From assembly GCF_017348835.2 (NCBI RefSeq), contig NZ_CP071375.1: DNA of 64,000 nt, one strand, 5' to 3'. This document shows positions 24,179 through 39,387 of this stretch, in pieces (the first letter of the stretch is position 1; each line of letters begins with the position of its first letter). The stretch comes from Escherichia coli. Lineage in GTDB: Bacteria; Pseudomonadota; Gammaproteobacteria; Enterobacterales; Enterobacteriaceae. The translations under genes and the position numbers were made by a program. The notes below the pieces were generated by a model. That model saw only the letters and a list, made by a program, of their open reading frames with translations, did no database searches and was not told the origin of the DNA.

Positions 24179-25244
24179 TGAGTCAGAAGTATCTTTTTAT
24201 CGATCGCGATGGAACCCTGATTAGCGAACCGCCGAGTGATTTTCAGGTGGACCGTTTTGACAAACTCGCCTTTGAACCAGGCGTGATCCCGGAGCTGCTG
24301 AAGCTGCAAAAAGCGGGCTACAAACTGGTAATGATCACCAATCAGGATGGTCTGGGAACGCAAAGTTTCCCGCAGGCGGATTTCGATGGCCCGCACAACC
24401 TGATGATGCAGATCTTCACCTCACAAGGCGTGCAGTTTGATGAAGTGCTGATTTGTCCGCACCTGCCCGCCGATGAGTGCGACTGCCGTAAGCCGAAAGT
24501 AAAACTGGTGGAGCGTTACCTTGCTGAGCAAGCGATGGATCGTGCCAACAGTTATGTGATTGGCGATCGCGCGACCGACATTCAACTCGCTGAAAACATG
24601 GGCATTACTGGTTTACGCTACGACCGCGAAACCCTGAACTGGCCGATGATTGGCGAGCAACTCACTAAACGAGACCGTTACGCCCACGTAGTGCGCAACA
24701 CCAAAGAGACGCAAATTGACGTCCAGGTGTGGCTGGATCGTGAAGGTGGCAGCAAGATTAACACCGGCGTTGGCTTCTTTGATCACATGCTGGATCAGAT
24801 CGCCACCCACGGCGGTTTCCGCATGGAAATCAACGTCAAAGGCGACCTCTATATCGACGATCACCACACCGTCGAAGATACCGGCCTGGCGCTGGGCGAA
24901 GCGTTAAAAATTGCCCTCGGCGATAAACGCGGTATTTGCCGCTTTGGTTTTGTGCTGCCGATGGACGAATGCCTTGCCCGCTGTGCACTGGATATCTCTG
25001 GTCGCCCGCACCTGGAATATAAAGCCGAATTTACCTACCAGCGCGTGGGCGATCTCAGCACCGAAATGATCGAGCACTTCTTCCGTTCGCTCTCATACAC
25101 CATGGGCGTGACCCTGCACCTGAAAACCAAAGGTAAAAACGATCACCACCGTGTAGAGAGCCTGTTCAAAGCCTTTGGTCGCACCCTGCGCCAGGCCATC
25201 CGCGTGGAAGGCGATACCCTGCCCTCGTCGAAAGGAGTGCTGTA

Positions 25245-25245
<1 letters not shown>
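24178..25245 (+). CDS. hisB: Bifunctional histidinol-phosphatase / imidazoleglycerol-phosphate dehydratase
   Basis: Start at [14 protein letters not shown] (HAD motif); 355 aa. Confidence 0.9.
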
Positions 25246-27323
<2,078 letters not shown>

Positions 27324-27330
<7 letters not shown>

Positions 27331-27935
27331 CAGAACAACAACGCCGCGAACTGGACTGGGAAAAAACCGACGGACTTATGCCGGTGATTGTGCAACACGC
27401 GGTATCCGGCGAAGTGCTAATGCTGGGCTATATGAACCCGGAAGCCTTAGACAAAACCATCGAAAGCGGCAAAGTCACTTTCTTCTCGCGCACTAAACAG
27501 CGACTGTGGACCAAAGGCGAAACGTCGGGCAATTTCCTCAACGTAGTAAATATTGCGCCGGACTGCGACAACGACACGCTACTGGTACTGGCGAATCCTA
27601 TCGGACCAACCTGCCACAAAGGCACCAGCAGCTGCTTCGGCGACACCGCTCACCAATGGCTGTTCCTGTATCAACTGGAACAACTGCTCGCCGAACGCAA
27701 ATCTGCCGACCCGGAAACCTCCTACACCGCCAAACTGTATGCCAGCGGCACCAAGCGCATTGCGCAAAAAGTAGGCGAAGAAGGCGTGGAAACCGCACTG
27801 GCAGCAACGGTACATGACCGCTTTGAGCTGACCAACGAGGCATCTGACTTGATGTATCACCTGCTGGTGCTGTTGCAGGATCAGGATCTGGACTTAACGA
27901 CGGTGATTGAGAACCTGCGTAAACGGCATCAGTGA
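27324..27935 (+). CDS. hisI: Bifunctional phosphoribosyl-AMP cyclohydrolase / phosphoribosyl-ATP pyrophosphatase
   Basis: 203 aa; last gene of the his operon. Confidence 0.9.
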
Positions 27936-27976
27936 GTTGCGGGGTAAGCGGATGCGATGTTGTTGTCGCATCCGGC

Positions 27977-28020
27977 AAAAAAAAAACGGGCAAGGTGTCA
28001 CCACCCTGCCCGTTTTCTTT
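27977..28020. terminator. Bidirectional intrinsic terminator between hisI and wzzB
   Basis: A-run, CGGGCAAGGTG..CACCCTGCCCG hairpin, then TTTTCTTT; lies between convergent stops. Confidence 0.6.
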
Positions 28021-28033
28021 AAAGCTGCAAAGA

Positions 28034-29011
28034 TTATTTCGCGTTGTAATTACGCAGAGCATTACGCCCCAGCACAATCCCCGCGCCAACCATGCCGCCC
28101 AGCAGCACCGCCAGAATCAAGGTGATTGCCTTTTTCGGACTATCGCGACGAATAGGTAACGTCGGTTTCATTACATAGCGGTAAGCATGAATATCAAGAT
28201 CATCAACTTTTAAGCTTTCGATATCCAGCAGGTTTTGACGTGTCTGATAGTAGTTTGGTGAGAACACCAACGGACGGGTCGCCTCGTGCTTAATCATCGA
28301 CTCCAGCGCTTCGCTCCCCAAAAGGAACAACGTATCTTGTGTCACATCTTCAGTCTGCTGAACCTGTGGCTTTGTCACCTGCGCCTGATTCGCATACTGC
28401 AACGCTTCCTGAATCTGACGGATACGCAGATCTTTCTGCTCCTGCGCGACTACTTCCTGAGTTTTCAGAGAATCCTGCAAGTTTTTCATACGCAGCGCGA
28501 TGTTGTCTTTCAGGTCTTTTTCCAGTTCTTCGTTTACCTGGTCGTCAACTTGCTGGATATACTTCGCCAGCTGCTTCTGCGCACCTTCAGCTGTTTCACC
28601 AACATAAGAAACTGCTAAAGGTAATGACTGATTTTTGACGGTAGGCTCAATGGTCAGCTTTTCTGCTTCTTCCTGGTTATCCAGCGTTTCCGCTAATGCT
28701 GAGAATGCAGTGCTGTAACGTCCGATAAGTGAAGCCTGAATGTCGGAGACTTTCGGTACAGCCGGACCGTAAATCACATTCATCGCGTTGGTATAACCAG
28801 CGATTTGCCCCACATCAGGTTGAGTAACGATAGCTGTGGAAGTCCACTTTTCTTTGGCAACGGCCAGATACCCTATAGCCAGGGCAATAGCAACAATGAC
28901 AGAGATGATAATTGTCATCTTGCCGCGCCACAACTGCACCAGTAAATCAATCAAATCAATCTGTTCCGGGTCATGGTTTTGCCCAGAAACATTATTATTT
29001 TCTACTCTCAT
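28034..29011 (-). CDS. wzzB: O-antigen chain length determinant (polysaccharide co-polymerase Wzz)
   Basis: ORF 28034..29068; start at MRVENNNVSGQNHDPEQIDLIDLL as in E. coli WzzB (326 aa). Confidence 0.9.
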   Translation of the reverse strand: MRVENNNVSGQNHDPEQIDLIDLLVQLWRGKMTIIISVIVAIALAIGYLAVAKEKWTSTAIVTQPDVGQIAGYTNAMNVIYGPAVPKVSDIQASLIGRYSTAFSALAETLDNQEEAEKLTIEPTVKNQSLPLAVSYVGETAEGAQKQLAKYIQQVDDQVNEELEKDLKDNIALRMKNLQDSLKTQEVVAQEQKDLRIRQIQEALQYANQAQVTKPQVQQTEDVTQDTLFLLGSEALESMIKHEATRPLVFSPNYYQTRQNLLDIESLKVDDLDIHAYRYVMKPTLPIRRDSPKKAITLILAVLLGGMVGAGIVLGRNALRNYNAK

Positions 29012-29157
29012 CATTACCCTAACGGACGAAATAATTTTAAGTCGCCATAGTTTAGCGATAATCGCCATGAATGCTATAGGATAAATGATAAAAATAATGA
29101 ATTATTACAAAGGGAACATAAGAGAATCAGGGCGAAAATCGCCCTGATAACAGGATG

Positions 29158-30333
<1,176 letters not shown>

Positions 30334-30512
30334 TCAGAATTAACTTAACTGTGAATCATGATGTTTTTAGCATCCTGATAAGAGCTAAAAGTTTTAACGC
30401 TACGTTGTCAGATGGTCAACGCAACGAAAAACAATTCAGATTTTCTTTATAAGAATAGCTGATATTTATTAAGTTAATATTAAGCAGTGAAATTTAGTCT
30501 ATAAGATAATTG

Positions 30513-30546
30513 GCAAAAAAAAGCCCGGCGCAATATACGCCAGGCC
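30513..30546 (-). terminator. Intrinsic terminator downstream of gnd
   Basis: On minus-strand transcript: GCCUGGCG..CGCCGGGC stem followed by a run of eight U; about 25 nt after gnd stop. Confidence 0.55.
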
Positions 30547-30571
30547 TCAATTTATTGTTAGTTAAATAAGA

Positions 30572-31978
30572 TTAATCCAGCCATTCAGTATGGAACACAC
30601 CTTCTTTATCAATGCGCTTATAAGTATGCGCACCGAAATAGTCACGCTGTGCCTGGATCAGGTTCGCAGGCAGAACAGCGGCGCGGTAGCTGTCGTAATA
30701 GGCAACCGCAGCAGCGAAGGTAGGAACAGGGATACCGTTCTGTACTGCATAAGCAACGACATCACGCAGCGCCTGCTGGTAGTCATCGGCAATTTGCTTG
30801 AAGTACGGAGCCAGCAGCAGGTTAGCGATCTGCGGATTTTCGGCATATGCATCAGTGATTTTCTGCAGGAACTGCGCACGGATGATGCAGCCAGCACGGA
30901 AAATCTTCGCGATTTCGCCGTAGTTCAGATCCCAGTTGTACTCTTCAGACGCAGCACGCAGCTGAGAGAAGCCCTGGGCGTAAGAAACGATTTTGCCCAG
31001 ATACAGAGCACGACGAACTTTTTCGATGAACTCAGCCTTGTCGCCAGCTGGCTGCGCTTGCGGGCCAGAGAGAACTTTAGACGCGGCAACGCGCTGATCT
31101 TTTAGAGAAGAGATATAACGTGCAAACACAGACTCGGTAATCAGCGACAGCGGTTCGCCGAGATCCAGCGCACTCTGGCTGGTCCATTTGCCCGTACCTT
31201 TATTTGCTGCTTCATCCAGAATCACATCAACCAGGTAGTTACCGTCTTCATCTTTTTTGGTGAAGATATCTTTAGTGATGTCGATCAGGTAGCTGCTCAG
31301 TTCACCGTTATTCCACTCGGTAAACGTCTGCGCCAGTTCTTCGTTGGAAAGATTCAGGCCACCTTTAAGCAGAGAATAGGCTTCAGCAATTAACTGCATA
31401 TCACCGTATTCAATACCGTTGTGAACCATTTTCACATAGTGACCCGCACCATCGGCACCAATATATGTAACGCACGGTTCGCCATCTTCAGCAACGGCGG
31501 CGATTTTGGTCAGGATCGGAGCAACCAGTTCATAGGCTTCTTTCTGGCCACCAGGCATAATGGAAGGACCTTTCAGCGCGCCCTCTTCACCACCGGAAAC
31601 ACCGGTACCGATAAAGTTAAAACCTTCGGCAGAAAGCTCACGGTTACGACGAATGGTGTCCTGGAAGAAGGTGTTACCACCATCAATGATGATGTCACCT
31701 TTATCGAGGTATGGCTTGAGGGAATCAATAGCAGCATCCGTCCCTGCACCTGCTTTCACCATTAACAGGATGCGACGAGGCGTTTCAAGAGATTCAACAA
31801 ACTCTTTCACCGTATAGTAAGGAACCAGTTTCTTGCCTGGATTTTCGGCAATCACTTCTTCCGTCTTTTCACGGGAACGGTTGAAAATAGAGACGGTATA
31901 ACCACGGCTTTCGATGTTGAGCGCAAGGTTGCGCCCCATCACTGCCATACCGACGACGCCGATCTGTTGCTTTGACAT
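30572..31978 (-). CDS. gnd: 6-phosphogluconate dehydrogenase (decarboxylating)
   Basis: 468 aa; [22 protein letters not shown]. coli Gnd. Confidence 0.95.
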   Translation of the reverse strand: MSKQQIGVVGMAVMGRNLALNIESRGYTVSIFNRSREKTEEVIAENPGKKLVPYYTVKEFVESLETPRRILLMVKAGAGTDAAIDSLKPYLDKGDIIIDGGNTFFQDTIRRNRELSAEGFNFIGTGVSGGEEGALKGPSIMPGGQKEAYELVAPILTKIAAVAEDGEPCVTYIGADGAGHYVKMVHNGIEYGDMQLIAEAYSLLKGGLNLSNEELAQTFTEWNNGELSSYLIDITKDIFTKKDEDGNYLVDVILDEAANKGTGKWTSQSALDLGEPLSLITESVFARYISSLKDQRVAASKVLSGPQAQPAGDKAEFIEKVRRALYLGKIVSYAQGFSQLRAASEEYNWDLNYGEIAKIFRAGCIIRAQFLQKITDAYAENPQIANLLLAPYFKQIADDYQQALRDVVAYAVQNGIPVPTFAAAVAYYDSYRAAVLPANLIQAQRDYFGAHTYKRIDKEGVFHTEWLD

Positions 31979-32092
31979 TGTTTACTCCTGTCAGAGGGTG
32001 GTCACCGCGATTTATGCACGGCTTGAATGTATTGCTGATGTTAACTCAGGATGAAGCCAGGTAGATAGCGTAAGATGTGATTCACGATGGTA

Positions 32093-32491
32093 TTAAACAA
32101 ATGCTTTAGCAAAGGAAGGGTCAAATGGTCCCTCTTTCACCTCCATCATGAGAGCACGAGGAGACAAGCATTTGACACTGTGTATGTCTCCCGGAGAAAA
32201 CTCCACAATGTTAATTTCTGTATTTTCTCCGACAATAAATTGCTTAACGACTTCTCCATCTTTGCCATGCAAACAAACCTGAAGCTGGCCCTGCATGACG
32301 ATAAACATTTCCCACTGATGAGGAAGTTCATGGAAATGAGGTTCTACATAGCTACTACTGACCAGGGCAATGAGTAGTCGTTGCACCTTATCCTGATGCG
32401 AACTATGCATCAAAAGATGGGAACGCAGGCGCTCGGATTGCTCTGCTTGTTCGTATAATGCCTCAAGCTGGTCATTATCAATTAATCGCAT
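32093..32491 (-). CDS. wbuC: WbuC-family cupin-fold protein
   Basis: 132 aa small cupin at the gnd-proximal end of the O-antigen cluster, immediately downstream of wbuB, as in other fnl-containing clusters (recalled). Confidence 0.6.
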   Translation of the reverse strand: MRLIDNDQLEALYEQAEQSERLRSHLLMHSSHQDKVQRLLIALVSSSYVEPHFHELPHQWEMFIVMQGQLQVCLHGKDGEVVKQFIVGENTEINIVEFSPGDIHSVKCLSPRALMMEVKEGPFDPSFAKAFV

Positions 32492-33692
32492 TGCATGCCT
32501 CCAGCCTCATTTCTATCGTCCGCGCCGCAGACTCAACGGAGAACTGCTCTTTTAACAACTTGTTCGCGCCCAGACCAAATCGCTGGCGCGCATCAATGTC
32601 ATAAAGCATTAACAGCGCAGAATGGTAAAGCTTGTCATCCTCTCCATTGATATGGATTAATCCTGCGTTATTTTGATTGACGATGTCGAGCAGATCATTT
32701 CCAGCATTCACGCTACCTAATATAGGTAGAGACTGAACCATGTAACCTAACAACTTACCCGGAAAATTGTGAGAAGAGTGTTTGGCAGAAAGAGAAAACA
32801 GGCCTATATCCATTTCCGATAAGATGAACTTAAATTCTTCCTGATTCACCGAAGCCAGATACGTGAAATTCGACAATGCCCACTCAGTAGCCAGAGAGTT
32901 AATTAATTCCACTTCATCACCCTGGCCAATGAACAGGAAATGAGCTTGTGGATGCTCTGCCATACTTCGGGCAAGACGCATAAGATTTGCCATATCCTGT
33001 GCATGCCCGATATTTCCTCCATAGAAGAAAATCACTTTATCCTCTAGACCGAGGCGCTTACGCAGTGGCACATATTCTGGGGATAATACCGTCGGCGTGA
33101 GAGATGCCCAGTTACGTAGAACTTCGCAAGGATAGCCCTTGTTTGTCACCCGAAAAACATCAAGGTTTTTATCAGACATGAGTCCAATACGGTTTGCCTG
33201 ACGATAAGATGATCTTTCAAAGAGACGAAAATAACGTTCAATTGGGGATCCCTCTTTTAGCATTCCAGCATCAATTACCCATTGAGGAAACATATCTCTC
33301 AATATTAAATAAGCCGGACATTGGCAGCGGGCTTTAATCTTCTTAACTAAATGCCCCCAAAAAATAGACGGTGAGTAATAAACCACACCATCGAAAGTTT
33401 CTTCTTCTATCCGGCTTTTAATAGATTTCCAGGCCCGCCAAGACAAAAGTGTTTCATTGATGGCTCGCTGAACTTTACTTACATCCTTGAGCGGACCACT
33501 TTTAAAACGCCATGTTTTGACACCCTGAAAGCTGTCAAACGACACCTCTTCTTGCAGGCTTGTATCAGGAGTAATTACCGTAACATCATGGCCACGGCGA
33601 ATAAATTCCTGAGCTAACTCATGAAACATTTTTGCACCAACACGGGTACTATTGGGCAGGTAATCATCTATGATTAAAGCAAGTTTCATCAA
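32478..33692 (-). CDS. wbuB: Glycosyltransferase family 4, WbuB-like (putative L-FucNAc transferase)
   Basis: 404 aa GT-B protein directly downstream of fnlC; conserved position and size. Confidence 0.65.
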   Translation of the reverse strand: MMKLALIIDDYLPNSTRVGAKMFHELAQEFIRRGHDVTVITPDTSLQEEVSFDSFQGVKTWRFKSGPLKDVSKVQRAINETLLSWRAWKSIKSRIEEETFDGVVYYSPSIFWGHLVKKIKARCQCPAYLILRDMFPQWVIDAGMLKEGSPIERYFRLFERSSYRQANRIGLMSDKNLDVFRVTNKGYPCEVLRNWASLTPTVLSPEYVPLRKRLGLEDKVIFFYGGNIGHAQDMANLMRLARSMAEHPQAHFLFIGQGDEVELINSLATEWALSNFTYLASVNQEEFKFILSEMDIGLFSLSAKHSSHNFPGKLLGYMVQSLPILGSVNAGNDLLDIVNQNNAGLIHINGEDDKLYHSALLMLYDIDARQRFGLGANKLLKEQFSVESAARTIEMRLEACNAIN

Positions 33693-34819
33693 TATTCTTT
33701 CCAGACGACTCTCTTGACGTAATCTGTATAAGAGTGAACGATTCTGACGACCTTATCCGACACATTTGGCATACTGTAATCACTAACCTGCCGTAAGAGA
33801 CGGGTCTCCCCGCGAGGTTGTGTCGACAAAATTTCAAGCGCCTGAAGCACGCGTTCACACTCCAGTCCCACCATCATGACGGATGCTTCCTCAAAGCCCT
33901 CCGGACGTTCATGTGCTTCCCGGATGTTTACAGCAGGAAAATTCATGATGGATGACTCTTCAGTAATTGTGCCGCTGTCTGACAACACAGCACGTGAATT
34001 CTTTTGCAGGTGATTGTAATCATGGAAACCTAACGGTTTCAGCAGATTAATATTTGGGTGGAATTCAATCCCTTGCTCATTAATACGATTACGCGTCCGC
34101 GGATGTGTGGATACAATGACTGGCAGATCATATTTTTCGGCAATGGTATTTAGAATGGTCGCAAGCTTGATGAGTTGCTTCGGAGAATCGACATTCTCTT
34201 CACGGTGTGCGCTAACGACAAAGAATTCACCAGGGCGCAAATTTAGACGTGACAACACATCCGAACCATCAATTTGAGGCATATAGTACGAAAGCACTTC
34301 AAACATAGGGCTGCCGGTTTTAATGATCCGATCCGCCGGGATACCTTCAGCCAGGAGATATTCACGCGCAATATCGCTGTAGGTCATATTGATGTCAGCC
34401 GTATGATCAACAATTCGTCGGTTAGTTTCTTCAGGTACACGCTGATCGAAACAACGGTTGCCAGCTTCCATATGGAAGATAGGCACTTTACGACGCTTGG
34501 CAGGAATGGCAGAAATACATGAGTTGGTATCGCCCAGCACCAGCATTGCTTCAGGTTTTTCGGTTTCTAATACTTCATCAACTTTGATGATAACCTGACC
34601 AATGGTTTCCGCCGCATTTTTCCCTGCAGCGTTTAAGAAATAATCTGGCTTACGGACACCAAGATCGTTAAAGAATACTTCGTTCAACTCATAATCATAA
34701 TTTTGCCCAGTATGGACAAGAATATGCTCACAATGTTCGTCAAGTTTGACCAAAACACGTGATAAACGGATGATTTCAGGACGTGTCCCAACCACAGACA
34801 TAATTTTTAATTTTTTCAT
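33689..34819 (-). CDS. fnlC: UDP-N-acetylglucosamine 2-epimerase (non-hydrolysing), FnlC/Cap5G-like
   Basis: 376 aa; [16 protein letters not shown]... typical of WecB-family epimerases; third gene of fnlABC. Confidence 0.75.
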   Translation of the reverse strand: MKKLKIMSVVGTRPEIIRLSRVLVKLDEHCEHILVHTGQNYDYELNEVFFNDLGVRKPDYFLNAAGKNAAETIGQVIIKVDEVLETEKPEAMLVLGDTNSCISAIPAKRRKVPIFHMEAGNRCFDQRVPEETNRRIVDHTADINMTYSDIAREYLLAEGIPADRIIKTGSPMFEVLSYYMPQIDGSDVLSRLNLRPGEFFVVSAHREENVDSPKQLIKLATILNTIAEKYDLPVIVSTHPRTRNRINEQGIEFHPNINLLKPLGFHDYNHLQKNSRAVLSDSGTITEESSIMNFPAVNIREAHERPEGFEEASVMMVGLECERVLQALEILSTQPRGETRLLRQVSDYSMPNVSDKVVRIVHSYTDYVKRVVWKEY

Positions 34820-35922
34820 TACAGAGGTCTCGCAATAGTATCAGGCTCATCACGATTGAAAATTTCGTTTGCCCAGAGCATAACTATTAATTCATCATTG
34901 CCAACATTCGTGACGTCATGGGTCCAGCCGGGTACTGTTTCAACGATTTTGAACTCATCGGATGAAACATTCAGTTCATAACGTTCACCGGTAATCACAT
35001 GTTCGAATTTGAAGCACGCCTGTCCACGGATGACCAGGAACTTCTCATTTTTGGTGTGATGATAATGCCCACCACGCGTTATACCGGGATGCGCTGTGAA
35101 AAATGAAAACTGCCCCGCTGAAGGCGTTTTTAACATCTCACAAAAGATCCCGCGGGCATCACCATAGGACGGCACCGTATAAGCAAACTTTTCGGCTGGT
35201 AAGTAACTTAACCACGTCGAATATAGCGCTCGGGTCATTCCCGTCCCCACAGCTTCTGTGACAAGCGTAGAACGACTCTCCTTGAAACGATAAAGTAATT
35301 CCGCCACCTCACCAACTGTCGTTGAGTAAACCGGCACAACGCCTTTATATCCGCTATGAACCTCTCCTGTGAGAAGTTTTATCGCATGTGTGCAAACGTC
35401 ATCGATATAAACCAGATTAACCGGTGCCGAAGGGTCATTGATGGTTATGTCAATATTGTTGGCAATGTTATGGCAGAAGGTAGCCACGAACGAGTTATAG
35501 TTCGGTTTACACCATTTACCAAAAACATTTGGGTACCGATAGATATAATATGCTGCACCACTTTCTGCTGCATAACGCTCAATTTGTTTTTCAGCTGCAG
35601 CCTTACTCTGACCATACGCATTATCCAGTTCAGCCTGGATCGAAGAACTGATCATAATAGGTATGCTTTTGTTCTTCGCTAACAGAGAATCCACAATCTG
35701 CTGAGTAAAATTGCAATTCCCTTCGACAAACTCTTCGACATTTTTAGGTCGATTGATACCCGCAAGGTGATAAATGAAATCCGCATCTTGCAGGCCAATT
35801 TCAAGCTCGGCCGCACTTGAGTCACGGTCAATCTTAACAAGGTCAACATACCCTGCTTCCTGAAGGCGTAAGCACAAGTTACGTCCGATAAAGCCATCAG
35901 CTCCAGTAATCAGGATTTTCAT
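34819..35922 (-). CDS. fnlB: FnlB/Cap5F-like reductase of the UDP-L-FucNAc pathway
   Basis: ORF 34819..35955; start placed at [13 protein letters not shown] (Rossmann) 1 nt after fnlA stop; C-terminal cupin-like region as in CapF. Confidence 0.7.
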   Translation of the reverse strand: MKILITGADGFIGRNLCLRLQEAGYVDLVKIDRDSSAAELEIGLQDADFIYHLAGINRPKNVEEFVEGNCNFTQQIVDSLLAKNKSIPIMISSSIQAELDNAYGQSKAAAEKQIERYAAESGAAYYIYRYPNVFGKWCKPNYNSFVATFCHNIANNIDITINDPSAPVNLVYIDDVCTHAIKLLTGEVHSGYKGVVPVYSTTVGEVAELLYRFKESRSTLVTEAVGTGMTRALYSTWLSYLPAEKFAYTVPSYGDARGIFCEMLKTPSAGQFSFFTAHPGITRGGHYHHTKNEKFLVIRGQACFKFEHVITGERYELNVSSDEFKIVETVPGWTHDVTNVGNDELIVMLWANEIFNRDEPDTIARPL

Positions 35923-35923
35923 G

Positions 35924-36958
35924 TCAGGCGTCCAGATCGTAATTTTCACCAGCACGCAGTGCGCGAATAAACGGCAACTTAAGAAGCAGCGTTTTCATCC
36001 CTTCTACATCCAGTCGCTGTGTATTATGGGAGTTATAATCTTCAACAACGGAGATACGGCTGTCACCTTGTTCTACATATTTTCCGTAGTTAAGGTCACG
36101 CAAATCAGGTGGTACGCGATAGTAATCACCCATATCGATGGCCGCAATCATCTCTTCACGGCTCAGCAGCGCTTCATAGAGCTTTTCTCCATGGCGGGTA
36201 CCAATGACATTGACAGGATGGTGCTCGACATTCAGAAGCTCTTTCAGAGCAATTGCTAATGTTTCAATCGTAGCTGCAGGCGCTTTTTGTACAAAAATGT
36301 CGCCATTATTACCGTGCTCAAATGCATAAAGCACCAGATCGACAGCATCCTCAAGGGTCATCATGAAACGAGTCATGTTTGGATCAGTGACAGTCAGCGC
36401 TTTACCTGCTTTGATCAGATCAACAAACAGCGGAATCACCGAACCACGAGATGCCATAACGTTGCCATAGCGAGTACCACAAATCACCGTTTTATTGCTG
36501 TTTACATTTCGGGATTTAGCGACCATGACTTTCTCCATCATCGCCTTAGAGATACCCATGGCATTGATTGGATAAACCGCTTTATCAGTACTTAAACACA
36601 CAACGCGTTTTACTTCGTTTGCAATTGCAGCTTCGAGAACGTTTTCGGTGCCGAGCACGTTAGTCTTAACCGCTTCCATTGGATGGAATTCACATGATGG
36701 CACTTGTTTAAGGGCGGCAGCATGGTAGATAAAATCAACGCCACGGCTGGCATTGAGTACACTGCGATAATCCCTGACATCGCCTATGTAAAACTTAAGC
36801 TTCTCACTATTGTATTTCTTGCGCATATCATCTTGCTTTTTTTCATCGCGCGAGAAAATGCGAATTTCTTTAATATCAGTTTCCAGAAAACGATTTAAAA
36901 CTGCATTTCCAAAGGAACCTGTTCCGCCTGTAATCAAAAGCACTTTATCTGAAAACAT
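35924..36958 (-). CDS. fnlA: UDP-GlcNAc 4,6-dehydratase/5-epimerase FnlA/Cap5E-like
   Basis: 344 aa; MFSDKVLLITGGTGSFG, extended SDR; first gene of the L-FucNAc pathway. Confidence 0.8.
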   Translation of the reverse strand: MFSDKVLLITGGTGSFGNAVLNRFLETDIKEIRIFSRDEKKQDDMRKKYNSEKLKFYIGDVRDYRSVLNASRGVDFIYHAAALKQVPSCEFHPMEAVKTNVLGTENVLEAAIANEVKRVVCLSTDKAVYPINAMGISKAMMEKVMVAKSRNVNSNKTVICGTRYGNVMASRGSVIPLFVDLIKAGKALTVTDPNMTRFMMTLEDAVDLVLYAFEHGNNGDIFVQKAPAATIETLAIALKELLNVEHHPVNVIGTRHGEKLYEALLSREEMIAAIDMGDYYRVPPDLRDLNYGKYVEQGDSRISVVEDYNSHNTQRLDVEGMKTLLLKLPFIRALRAGENYDLDA

Positions 36959-36978
36959 TTAATACCTCTTAAGAAATC

Positions 36979-38079
36979 TTATAACTTATCAATGCTGCGC
37001 ATGTACATTAAGGCCCTTTCTTTAGCCGTTGGAAGCTTGCTAAAAATTAAGTCGGCCTTTTCTTGCTTTATCACTTTATCGTGTACGCCTTCAACTCCAG
37101 AAATGATTTTGTCACAAATATCATTGGCATCATAAGGATCAAAATATATTGCGCTGTCGTCACACACTGTATGAGCAAATGGTAGATCAGACGTGAAGAT
37201 CATTTTTTTGAAATACATGGCTTCTACATAACTGGCACTGAAACACTCCAGTAACGTTGGCAAAAATAGTGCATCACAATAATGATATAATGCTGGACAT
37301 TGATTAATGGAAACTGGCCCAACATTAATTACACGATGGCTATACCGTTCGGGAATATCCGCCATCGAAGAACTTAACGTAACAATGAACTTGTAATTAT
37401 CTGGCAATAACTCAATTAGCTTGGGTATCACGGTTAGGTTTTTGTGAGGATAATCATGTGAAATTGTCAGAAGGTAAATGTCCCCCACATTCCTCTCCGG
37501 TAAATCGTCTAAGATACTATTATCGTATAAATCCTCATTCTGCAAAATCGCATTGATTGTATTAGGAACAGTGACGACATGACTGTCCTTAAAATGATAT
37601 TGTTCCACAAGTTTATTTTTAGCATCATCAGTTTCAACAAATATAAGATCTGCATTTTTTTTATAAAAATAAGGTTGTAGGCGCAGTAAAAGTATCTTTT
37701 TTACCTTTTCACAAAAACTTAACTTCGGAAATACTTGGCTCACATCATAAATCAGCCATGGCAACGCGAATCCAACGGCATGCTTAACATTCTTCGGGCT
37801 CCAGTAACTTGGGCCAAATATCGTAAAGACTTTCGTAATTTTATTTTCAGCAACGAGCTGATCTAAATCTCGTCTTGATTCAACATTGAACACATTTGAT
37901 GGTGTTTTTCTGATAATTTTGCATCTTGATAGTGTTTCTCCTGAGAGTTGTTTCGCAACTACAGGTGAAACTGCTGCAATGAAATGTTGCCCACCTTTAG
38001 TTAACTCTTCTAATACAGATACAGCAACCTGAACACCACCACCCACATACAGATTAGATGCATTAATCAGCAAACTCAT
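36979..38079 (-). CDS. Glycosyltransferase (GT-B fold, GT1/GT4-like)
   Basis: ORF 36979..38082 (first codon TTG, then ATG); C-terminal EAMYFKKMIFTSDLP-type motif of retaining GT4 enzymes. Confidence 0.6.
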   Translation of the reverse strand: MSLLINASNLYVGGGVQVAVSVLEELTKGGQHFIAAVSPVVAKQLSGETLSRCKIIRKTPSNVFNVESRRDLDQLVAENKITKVFTIFGPSYWSPKNVKHAVGFALPWLIYDVSQVFPKLSFCEKVKKILLLRLQPYFYKKNADLIFVETDDAKNKLVEQYHFKDSHVVTVPNTINAILQNEDLYDNSILDDLPERNVGDIYLLTISHDYPHKNLTVIPKLIELLPDNYKFIVTLSSSMADIPERYSHRVINVGPVSINQCPALYHYCDALFLPTLLECFSASYVEAMYFKKMIFTSDLPFAHTVCDDSAIYFDPYDANDICDKIISGVEGVHDKVIKQEKADLIFSKLPTAKERALMYMRSIDKL

Positions 38080-38129
38080 CAATATCTTCCCTTATTTTAA
38101 CTGCTATAGACATCTTCGTCGAAAAAGGA

Positions 38130-39368
38130 TTATTTTTTAGGTGTATTTTCTATCCTTCGAGGCTCGACTTTTCTAATGAGCAGCAAAAGGAACAACACAA
38201 TTAAGTATGGAATGATTAAGACAAATTCCCCAAAGAAATAGTTTCCAAACAGCATAAACACGATCGCTTTCATAAAACACGCCTGTAACAGACAATATTT
38301 AATATTGCTGGATGTTTTATTGTAGATAATTTGAAGCAATAAGCCAATAATAAATGAATAGAGTATTACACCAGCTAATCCTAGATCATTATAGAAATAG
38401 TATATAAATGTTTTTGCATTGAAAAAACCAACCTCATAGTCAGTGAACCCCATGGAGTTACTATCGTAATAGGTACCAAAGAACGGCTTAAGAATAAACT
38501 TAAGACCACCCCATATATATGTGGGTTCGAATGATGAGTTAATTAATAAATTCAGATTCTGAAAATTCATTGCAACATAGGTGTAAATCTGGCTAAAAAG
38601 CGAATTTGCCATCCCATCACCAAATTGAGTAGAGGCGCGACTTGTTTCTGAAATCCGCATTGCACCGATATACAAAAGCAATGCCATCGGTAGCATAACC
38701 ATCATTAGTTGTTTGAACCCTAGCGTAATTTTACGTGGAATCAGAAAAATATAGATGGCACCTAACATGAATACTAAAAATTCTCCCCTTGATACCTCAT
38801 AAACCAATGCAACTACAATACTGAAAAAAACATAGGATAGAAGGAAATACTTTCTCACACGCCCTTGTCGATATGAGTACTTAAGTTCAAATAGAGCAGC
38901 AAGTGCTATGTAAGGCATTGATACATCTATGAAATTCAACAACGGAGGCGCATTTGGAACTAATGATTTTAAATCACTTCCTGCACCAGACAGAAGTGGT
39001 GGATTAGTGAGCATCACTCCAAAGCGCATAAAGAAAGCAACGACTGATAAAGCTACAATAAAATTAAAAAATACGCGATAAAATAAGTTAAAGTCAAAAC
39101 GCTGAAAACTAAAATTATTTTTATCTATCTTTTTTGAAAATACAAATGGGGCAACAAAGAAAACACCAGCAAGTAAAATAGCACTTAGTGTTTCCAGACT
39201 TAATTCTGATTGCAATTGATGGTCATACAGAATATCAACCGTAGACAGGGAAGCTGAGAAGTACCAAAAAACAATACCAATTCCAAGAGGATGAATAATA
39301 TCTTTTGTTTTTAAAACAATTAAAGAATATAAGACCAAAGCTATTATAAAGAATGCAATTGAGATCAT
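38130..39368 (-). CDS. wzy: O-antigen polymerase Wzy (putative)
   Basis: Highly hydrophobic polytopic protein with no soluble-enzyme motifs; ORF track extends to a TTG at 39443 overlapping wzx, so start placed at internal ATG 39368 (uncertain). Confidence 0.55.
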   Translation of the reverse strand: MISIAFFIIALVLYSLIVLKTKDIIHPLGIGIVFWYFSASLSTVDILYDHQLQSELSLETLSAILLAGVFFVAPFVFSKKIDKNNFSFQRFDFNLFYRVFFNFIVALSVVAFFMRFGVMLTNPPLLSGAGSDLKSLVPNAPPLLNFIDVSMPYIALAALFELKYSYRQGRVRKYFLLSYVFFSIVVALVYEVSRGEFLVFMLGAIYIFLIPRKITLGFKQLMMVMLPMALLLYIGAMRISETSRASTQFGDGMANSLFSQIYTYVAMNFQNLNLLINSSFEPTYIWGGLKFILKPFFGTYYDSNSMGFTDYEVGFFNAKTFIYYFYNDLGLAGVILYSFIIGLLLQIIYNKTSSNIKYCLLQACFMKAIVFMLFGNYFFGEFVLIIPYLIVLFLLLLIRKVEPRRIENTPKK

Positions 39369-39387
39369 AATGGGCTCTACCGCGAAT

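Noticed and set aside
27598..28089. 163-aa minus-strand ORF overlapping hisI and the his terminator
   Set aside because: Antisense to a well-supported gene and spanning the terminator hairpin; typical shadow ORF in GC-rich coding sequence.
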